Part shown: positions 50,056 through 55,875 of the stretch, in pieces
Layout: each line of letters opens with the position of its first letter
Position numbering within the stretch: position 1 is the first letter of the stretch
Source: Desulfurococcales archaeon
Lineage (GTDB): Archaea; Thermoproteota; Thermoprotei_A; Sulfolobales; NBVN01
Direction of reading: 5' to 3'
Length of the DNA stretch: 55,875 nucleotides
Assembly: GCA_027083115.1 (NCBI GenBank)
Contig: JALWQN010000084.1
Span: forward strand, 1-55,875
Notes under the pieces: generated by a model
The model's database searches: none
Told to the model about the DNA's origin: nothing
The model's input: only the letters and a program-made list of their open reading frames with translations
Program-made: the position numbers and the translations under genes

Positions 50056-50668
50056 TTCTTGAGCCATTCTTTAGAGCTATGTTCAGAGCAGCGTTAAAGT
50101 CCTTATTGAATTTTGGGAAATACCTTCCTAACACCAGGTATGCATTTTTAGTGTTTGTTTTATTTTCGGAAACTATATAGAGTTCATAGAAATCACTATT
50201 AATTAGCTTGGTTAGCTCAAAGGCCTTGTCCTTACCTTGCTCACCAACCTTAATAATTACTTTCTTTGGGTAGAGTTTCTTAGCTAAGGAATTAATAATA
50301 TCTAATAGTTCCTCAAAGTTGCTGACATATCCCCTCGAGCAAACTGTTCCTCCACTAAGGATTACATAAGCAAACTTTTTTCCCGGGTCGACACCAACCA
50401 ACATAACTTCCGTGGATACCCCCAACAAATCCATTAGTACTCTAGTAAGGTTTGCTTCATTAACAGCTAATGCATTTCCTTCCTTAAGACCGTAAGCTTT
50501 AATACATTCTTCGTCAGCCAGGACCAACTTATTTATGGAGTGAAGGTCTTCCTTAAAGGAAGGTATCGAGTAATCCAGGTTTAGAAGGCTAGCTAAAAAC
50601 ATGAACTCCCTCATGAGTCGTGGGTCACACAACGCTACAGCAAGTTCCTTGACCCTATTTGCCGCCAT
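50042..50668 (-). CDS. Hypothetical protein with RNase H-like (YqgF-like) domain
   Basis: VGVDPG, VSE.KT, AALNIA. Confidence 0.7.
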   Translation of the reverse strand: MAANRVKELAVALCDPRLMREFMFLASLLNLDYSIPSFKEDLHSINKLVLADEECIKAYGLKEGNALAVNEANLTRVLMDLLGVSTEVMLVGVDPGKKFAYVILSGGTVCSRGYVSNFEELLDIINSLAKKLYPKKVIIKVGEQGKDKAFELTKLINSDFYELYIVSENKTNTKNAYLVLGRYFPKFNKDFNAALNIALKNGSRISNF

Positions 50669-50798
50669 GATCCCGAATTGTAGGGATTCTCAAGATTATA
50701 AATCATTAATATGCCATGGCCCTCAATGTAAGAAAATTTTAGCTAGTCTTAAAACCACTAATTAAATACATCTTGATAGTGAACTCCAGTAGGCGATA

Positions 50799-51359
50799 TT
50801 GATGTCATGGATTACATTGTTTTGGGAGGAGTTGCTGAGGTCATTCATAATTTTTCTTCCAGCGTTAGTTGCTAATTCATCCCCACTGATTCTCAGAAAT
50901 CTAATGAAGAACTACAGCTTTAGACCTATTGACCAAAACAAGGTGTTGTCTGACGGAGAAAGGGTGTTAGGCAGTAATAAAAGCTGGGAAGGTTTGACTG
51001 CAGGTGTGTGTGGGGGGACATTAGTTGGATTTGCCTATGGTTACTTCTTAGGTAGCACTTCCTGGATTCTCTACGGTTTCTTAATGGGTTTAGGAGCTAT
51101 GCTTGGGGACTTACTTAATTCCTTCATTAAGCGACGACTAAAAATTAGGCCTGGAGAACCCTTTATACCTTTAGATCAGCTGACTTTCCTTTATGGCGCT
51201 TACTTACTGATTATTCCTTTCAGGAATGCCTACTTAGGAACCTATATTGAAGAATTAACTACGGCTGATTTAGCTATGGCTACATACTTAGTGATGATTT
51301 TGCATCCTTTAACAAACCTGGTTGCTTACCTTTTAAGGCTTAAGAACGAACCTTGGTAG
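50799..51359 (+). CDS. carS: CDP-archaeol synthase
   Basis: [30 protein letters not shown]. Confidence 0.92.
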   Translation: MMSWITLFWEELLRSFIIFLPALVANSSPLILRNLMKNYSFRPIDQNKVLSDGERVLGSNKSWEGLTAGVCGGTLVGFAYGYFLGSTSWILYGFLMGLGAMLGDLLNSFIKRRLKIRPGEPFIPLDQLTFLYGAYLLIIPFRNAYLGTYIEELTTADLAMATYLVMILHPLTNLVAYLLRLKNEPW

Positions 51360-51531
51360 TTGAGTAAGTGTTCCTGCTTAATTCCCTTAAAACAACTCTA
51401 TAACGAACGTATTTATCCGTTGGTGAAAACCTGGGAGGATGAGCAGAAACTGTTCTGGCACCACAGATTGGGCATACTTCCTTAAACGTGTATCGGCCGC
51501 ACTTAGGGCATTTCCGCATTAAGAACTTCAT
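51340..51531 (-). CDS. nop10: H/ACA RNP protein Nop10
   Basis: [23 protein letters not shown]. Confidence 0.95.
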   Translation of the reverse strand: MKFLMRKCPKCGRYTFKEVCPICGARTVSAHPPRFSPTDKYVRYRVVLRELSRNTYSTTKVRS

Positions 51532-52331
51532 TAAATTTTCTCCCTCTGGAAGAAGAAGTTCACATTCAATCTTTTAGATAGTCTTTGTGCATTATTGATG
51601 TATAAAGCAAGCACTTTCTCAGCCTTCTTATATTCAGTTGACGTTACCTCAACCCTATATCTTGGGGCACCGACAGTATAAATCCTTACTTGAGTGTCAT
51701 TAGCTGATTCAACCTTCCTCAATGAATCAAGCATTACTTTCTTTAGCTTATCCGCACCATCTGGGGACAGACTCCATAACGTAATCAACCCTCTTATCCT
51801 TACCTTTTTTACCTTAATGTGTTTGCGGATTTCCTCCATTAATGGATTAATCCATTCCTCAGAAATTCCTGCTTCCCTTAAGGCTTCCTCACCTCTGTAC
51901 GCTGCTTCCTCTAGACCAGCATAAATTTCTCCAAACCTATCTTCCAAAGGCCAGCCAACTTCTTCATAAGCTTCATTCAGTGATTTACCTATTTTTTGAG
52001 CGGCTATCTCGATTAGTTTTTCAGCTCTTTGCGCCCTCTTAAATTCAAGCATCTTTCTCCTTTGCTCAGAAGAATTCACTCTCTTCATGGAGACATCAAT
52101 ATGGCCTTTCCTTCTATCAACCCTGATAACCTTAACAACAACTTTCTGGCCTTCACGAACAAAGTCCTTTATATCTCTGACCCACTTAGAGCTGACTTCA
52201 GACCAGGGTAGATAAGCCTCTTTCCCTTCGAACTCATCCAGAGTTAAATATGCCCCATAACCGAAAACCTTCTTCACCGTCCCAATAACTAGCTCCCCTA
52301 CCCTAGGTAATGGTTCCCTTCTCCTAACCAA
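51531..52331 (-). CDS. eif2a: Translation initiation factor aIF2 alpha
   Basis: S1 domain, YTVGAPRY. Confidence 0.96.
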   Translation of the reverse strand: MVRRREPLPRVGELVIGTVKKVFGYGAYLTLDEFEGKEAYLPWSEVSSKWVRDIKDFVREGQKVVVKVIRVDRRKGHIDVSMKRVNSSEQRRKMLEFKRAQRAEKLIEIAAQKIGKSLNEAYEEVGWPLEDRFGEIYAGLEEAAYRGEEALREAGISEEWINPLMEEIRKHIKVKKVRIRGLITLWSLSPDGADKLKKVMLDSLRKVESANDTQVRIYTVGAPRYRVEVTSTEYKKAEKVLALYINNAQRLSKRLNVNFFFQREKI

Positions 52332-52379
52332 ATTTAATCACCTATAATTTTCTTGATTAAAGAATAAACCAAGCAAAAC

Positions 52380-52580
52380 CTAACCAAGGATTTTCACTAC
52401 TTCACCTAAGATCTTGGCTTTACCTCCTGTTGGCTGAACCAGTAACTTACCGCAAACCAAGCACCTTACGGGAAACGTTGCATGATCAAATATTACCTGC
52501 TCATTTCCGCAGGAGGGGCATCTGACCTTAATAAATCTTGACTTAGGCATAGGAATTAAAACTTTCCTCTTCTTCATCAC
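52380..52580 (-). CDS. rps27e: Ribosomal protein S27e
   Basis: PKSRF..CPSC..CLVCG..PTGGKA. Confidence 0.96.
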   Translation of the reverse strand: MMKKRKVLIPMPKSRFIKVRCPSCGNEQVIFDHATFPVRCLVCGKLLVQPTGGKAKILGEVVKILG

Positions 52581-52864
52581 CTAACCACCTCCACGAGCTC
52601 AGCCTTCTTCAATCTAATACCTCTCCTGTGGGTAATATATCCGCATTTAGTGCACTTAAGCTTAAGCACAACCTTCTTAGTTACCTTAGCGAAGCGCTTC
52701 TGCTCTGGCTTTCTTTTGCTTCCATACCCCTTATTCTTTCTTTCATACCTTCTCTGCCCCTCTGCAAGCGCTCTCCTCTTTCCTCCCTTATAAATAACTA
52801 CAGTATGAATCGTGTGTGTACCACACCTAGGACAGTAAGTCCTTATCCTTTTCGGGATTCGCAT
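52577..52864 (-). CDS. rpl44e: Ribosomal protein L44e
   Basis: TYCPRC..HT.H, GQRRY, KVTKK. Confidence 0.96.
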   Translation of the reverse strand: MRIPKRIRTYCPRCGTHTIHTVVIYKGGKRRALAEGQRRYERKNKGYGSKRKPEQKRFAKVTKKVVLKLKCTKCGYITHRRGIRLKKAELVEVVR

Positions 52865-53048
52865 CTTCCATACCTCTGCTTATGGCTTAACTCAAGAACC
52901 TTAAATACTTTTACAACTAAAAGTTGCGCCCTTCAGGACGGGGATGAGCTGTAGAAGTTCGAAGAGGAAAGTTGGTGATCTCTCCCATCCTATTGTGAGA
53001 AAGGTTGAAATACTCTGTAAGCTCCATTTAGAGAAGTGGTAAAGAGTA

Positions 53049-53204
53049 ATGAAGAAGTTAACGGTTTCGGATGAGGCGTATTGGAAGCTAATGGAGATCA
53101 AGGTTAGGCTAAGGTGTCAAACGTGGGAGGAATTTGCGGATAAGGTTCACAAAATGGTGTTTAGAGATGAAAAGGGCGAACAGGTTCAGGCTGAGACCGA
53201 CTAA
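53049..53204 (+). CDS. Small ribbon-helix-helix (CopG/antitoxin-like) protein
   Basis: MKKLTVSDEAYWKLMEIK..TWEEFADKV, 51 aa; not in the ORF track. Confidence 0.7.
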   Translation: MKKLTVSDEAYWKLMEIKVRLRCQTWEEFADKVHKMVFRDEKGEQVQAETD

Positions 53205-53678
53205 GGAACAGGAGAAGGTTTTGCTTAGTCTGTGCGAGACGTCGGCAGTGTTATGGAACAAGTTAAACTATATTAGGAGGCAGGCCTTCTTCGAAGGGCG
53301 ATTTGACCAGAAAGAAGGAGTAGATGCACTATACAATGAGTTTAAGCGAATTTTAGGTTCAGCAACAACCCAACAAATAATAAGGAAGAACAACGAGGCA
53401 TGGAAAAGCTTCTTCTCTCTGTTAAGACTGAAAAGCAAAGGCAAGCTTCCTTCGCACATTCGTAAGATTTCTCCTCCAGGATATTGGAAAGACAGATTGC
53501 TAAACAAGCGAAAACTAATGACCGTTATCAGAAATGATTGCTACTGAATAGAGGAGATAAGATGAAAGCAGTCTTTGGTTCTGCCTAAGGGGTTAAAGAT
53601 TTGTATAACAGGTGAAATAAGATGGAGAAGAAAGCAAGGAAGGTTAGAAATCTTCTATGATGATTTAACGGGGAGGTT
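53167..53678 (+). pseudogene. tnpB: tnpB pseudogene (N-terminal part only)
   Basis: RLRPTKEQ, WNKLNYIRRQ, NNEAWKSFF, PPGYWK, GRLEIFYD; two in-frame TGA; no RuvC. Confidence 0.9.
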
Positions 53679-53840
53679 GTCAAAATAATCACTGTTGGCT
53701 TAATTAATAACAGTTCTTTAGGTGCCATCATTATTAATACATGACTAAATAAGTGCTGATTTCCTTCGCTTGACAGTCATCTGTAAGCACAAAAACAAAA
53801 AGTTAAAAGCTTGTTCAACAGCCTGGTATAGGTGGATTAG

Positions 53841-54128
53841 ATGCCTAAAAAGAGGGAGAATAGGGGGAGGCATAAAGGAGGTAAAGGATCCGTCAGGATG
53901 ATCCAGTGCGACAGTTGTGGAAGGCTTGTACCTGAAGATAAAGCCATTTGTGTGACGAGGTGGTACTCACCAGTTGATCCACAATTGGCTGCAGAGCTAG
54001 AGAAGAAAGGGGCAATAATTGCTAGGTACCCCGTCAGGAAATGCTACTGCGTGAGTTGCGCCGTATCGTTAGGGATAGTTAAGGTTCGCTCAGAAGAGGA
54101 CAGAAAAAGGATTCTCAGCAAAAGGTAA
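53841..54128 (+). CDS. rps26e: Ribosomal protein S26e
   Basis: MPKKRENRGR, CDSCGR.VP.DKA, YCVSCA. Confidence 0.96.
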   Translation: MPKKRENRGRHKGGKGSVRMIQCDSCGRLVPEDKAICVTRWYSPVDPQLAAELEKKGAIIARYPVRKCYCVSCAVSLGIVKVRSEEDRKRILSKR

Positions 54129-54170
54129 GTGGCCGTATTAAGTTACGTTATTGCCTCATCAAAGTTTGCT

Positions 54171-55622
54171 TCAGTACTTACTTGCGAACCTTAAGTAAGT
54201 GAAGGCCTTACCGCCGCAAATAGGGCATTTAAGATTAGCAGGTATTTTCTGTGTCTCAAGCGGAGTGCCTAAGGCATCAGCATTAAGAACTTCAGAGAGC
54301 TTATCGGCGCATTCTCTTTTGCCGCACCAGGGGATTTCCGCAATACCCCCTCCCTCAATGTGTTTCTTAGCTTTTTCTAAGTTACTGGTTCGAAGAATTC
54401 TATTCTGGAATCTTTCTTTAGCCTTCTTCCTTAATCCATCATCGATTTCCCGGCCTAACTTCATAACTTCCTTAATAATTTCTTGCTTGGGAACTTTCTC
54501 TTTAGTTCTTAAATCTCTCCGGAATATCGTTAACTGATTTGCCCTTAATTCTTTAGGGCCTATATCGATCCTTAAGGGAACGCCCTTCAGTTCCCAAATA
54601 TTGAATTTCTCGCCTGGAGTTATATCATCTCTTAGATCAGCGTAAGCTCTTATGCCAGACTCCTTAAGCATGTCTTGAATATCGGTGGCTTCCTTCATAA
54701 CTTCATTCTTAATTAATTCCTTACCAGCAGGTATAGGCACTATAACTACCTGGATAGGCGCTACTTTAAAAGGAAGAACGAGTCCCTTGGAGTCACCATG
54801 TACACTAATGAGTGAAGCAACAGCCCTTTCCGAAATTCCGTAGCTGGTTTGCCAGGCATAATCTATCTCCTGGTCTCTTTTCTGAATCCTCACCTCAAAC
54901 GCTTTAGTGAAGTTCTGTCCTAGATTATGTACCGTACCTATCTGTAATGCCCTCCCATCAGGAAGTAAGGTATCAAAAGCGATAGTGTATATAGCTCCAG
55001 CGAACTTATCCCACTCAGGGCGTTTAGAGATCAAATAAGGGATCCCTAACTCATCAAAAAACCGTCTATATATTTCTATAGCTTCCTTAATTTGGCGTTC
55101 TGAATCTCCAAAGCTCTCGTGTAGGGTGTGAGCCTCCTTAAAGGTCGTGACTTCCCTCACCCTCAGCATAGGTCTTGTTGCTTTAGTCTCGTACCTGAAA
55201 ATACTTACTATCTGGTAGTATTTCTTAGGCAGTTGTTTGTAGCTCTTAATCCAGAAAGACTCCATATAAGATAATGGTGTTTCGCTGGTGGGGCGTAACG
55301 CCAGCTTAATATCTAAAGGATCCAACCCACCGTGCGTCACCCAATAAACTTCATCCTCAAAACCTCTAACATGCTCTGATTCCTTCGCAAGTATGGGTTC
55401 CGGGATCAATAATGGAAGGAGTATCTCCTCATGGCCCGTTGAATCAAGCAAACGCCTAAGGATATTGAGAACATAACGCCTAAGCTTGAAACCGTAAGGA
55501 AGCCAAACCCCCATACCCTTAATCGGATATCTACCATAATCATATATATCTGCTTCCCTCAGCACCCAATCAAACCATCTAGGAAACTCCATCCCCAAAA
55601 TGGAGTAAACCTCCTTAGTCAA
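54171..55622 (-). CDS. proS: Proline--tRNA ligase
   Basis: RPTSE, FRYETK, KFAGA, GIS.R, C-terminal Zn domain; probable TTG start at 55622. Confidence 0.95.
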   Translation of the reverse strand: MTKEVYSILGMEFPRWFDWVLREADIYDYGRYPIKGMGVWLPYGFKLRRYVLNILRRLLDSTGHEEILLPLLIPEPILAKESEHVRGFEDEVYWVTHGGLDPLDIKLALRPTSETPLSYMESFWIKSYKQLPKKYYQIVSIFRYETKATRPMLRVREVTTFKEAHTLHESFGDSERQIKEAIEIYRRFFDELGIPYLISKRPEWDKFAGAIYTIAFDTLLPDGRALQIGTVHNLGQNFTKAFEVRIQKRDQEIDYAWQTSYGISERAVASLISVHGDSKGLVLPFKVAPIQVVIVPIPAGKELIKNEVMKEATDIQDMLKESGIRAYADLRDDITPGEKFNIWELKGVPLRIDIGPKELRANQLTIFRRDLRTKEKVPKQEIIKEVMKLGREIDDGLRKKAKERFQNRILRTSNLEKAKKHIEGGGIAEIPWCGKRECADKLSEVLNADALGTPLETQKIPANLKCPICGGKAFTYLRFASKY

Positions 55623-55744
55623 CCCAACACCCGGGAATGAGGGCAGAAAACCTAATAATAAATTTAATGCAATAAACAACCACAACAAAACACGTGAATA
55701 ATAACAAAAACCTTAATTAAGCCTATATCCCAAATCCTTATGGT

Positions 55745-55833
55745 GCCGCGGTAGTATAGTCCGGCCCAGTATGCGGGCCTGTCGAGAACTACGCAGACAG
55801 CCCGTGACCCGGGTTCAAATCCCGGCCGCGGCG
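55745..55833 (+). tRNA. tRNA-Asp(GTC) with 14-nt intron (55785-55798), no encoded CCA
   Basis: Cloverleaf GCCGCGG/CCGCGGC; relaxed BHB at 37/38 (CTGT/GCAG). Confidence 0.95.
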
Positions 55834-55875
55834 CATGCTTTAAACTCTAAAACCATCCTAAGGCACTTTCTCAAA

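Larger units (their letters stand above)
52915..53683 (+). mobile_element. Non-autonomous, internally deleted IS200/IS605-family element
   Basis: Left end after TTAC with AAAG and a degenerate GCCCTTCAGGACGGGG hairpin; right end CGGGGAGGTTGTCAA; tnpB fragment inside. Confidence 0.72.

Noticed and set aside
53545..53565. In-frame TGA codons in tnpB as selenocysteine or readthrough
   Set aside because: The gene is also truncated, so ordinary pseudogenisation is the simpler explanation
54130..54175. CTGA..TGATGA on the minus strand at the proS 3' end
   Set aside because: No upstream C box or terminal D box
1099..54537. Many antisense ORFs in the track (e.g. 1099-1557, 6997-7404, 28539-29141, 52628-52954, 54199-54537)
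   Set aside because: Ser/Leu-rich shadows of well-supported genes on the other strand
55623..55688. Signal-peptide-like N-terminal extension on ProRS
   Set aside because: Over-extension of the ORF into the T-rich promoter region; also applies to the AK6 extension 9299-9349
1..55875. CRISPR array, rRNA, inteins or provirus
   Set aside because: No regularly spaced repeats, rRNA sequence, intein-sized insertions or viral genes seen

Overview
Core-genome segment of a hyperthermophilic crenarchaeon (Thermoproteota, probably Desulfurococcales). This placement rests on reverse gyrase, Rpo8/RpoG, S26e, TIP49, two Alba paralogues, SmAP3 and BHB-type tRNA introns. The window is densely coding with about 60 housekeeping genes covering translation, RNA modification, proteasome, chaperonin, the modified mevalonate pathway and CarS. 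It also has two intron-containing tRNAs (Leu-CAG, Asp-GTC), three C/D-box sRNAs found by reading the sequence, and one internally deleted IS200/IS605 (tnpB) element. Main observations: (1) a tandem two-domain Hfq-like gene lies between a catalytically dead TtuA/Ctu1 paralogue and an ASCH gene; (2) the thermosome subunit looks like an alpha/beta chimera; (3) two conserved genes apparently start at ATA or ATT; (4) an in-frame -1 slippery site could fuse a small ORF to a HerA/VirB4-like ATPase; (5) sRNA guides are predicted to target tRNA-Val U34 and the 16S 530 loop; (6) a frameshifted Lys-rich peptide gene sits in an AT-rich islet. All family calls come from recalled motifs, and no database searches were run.
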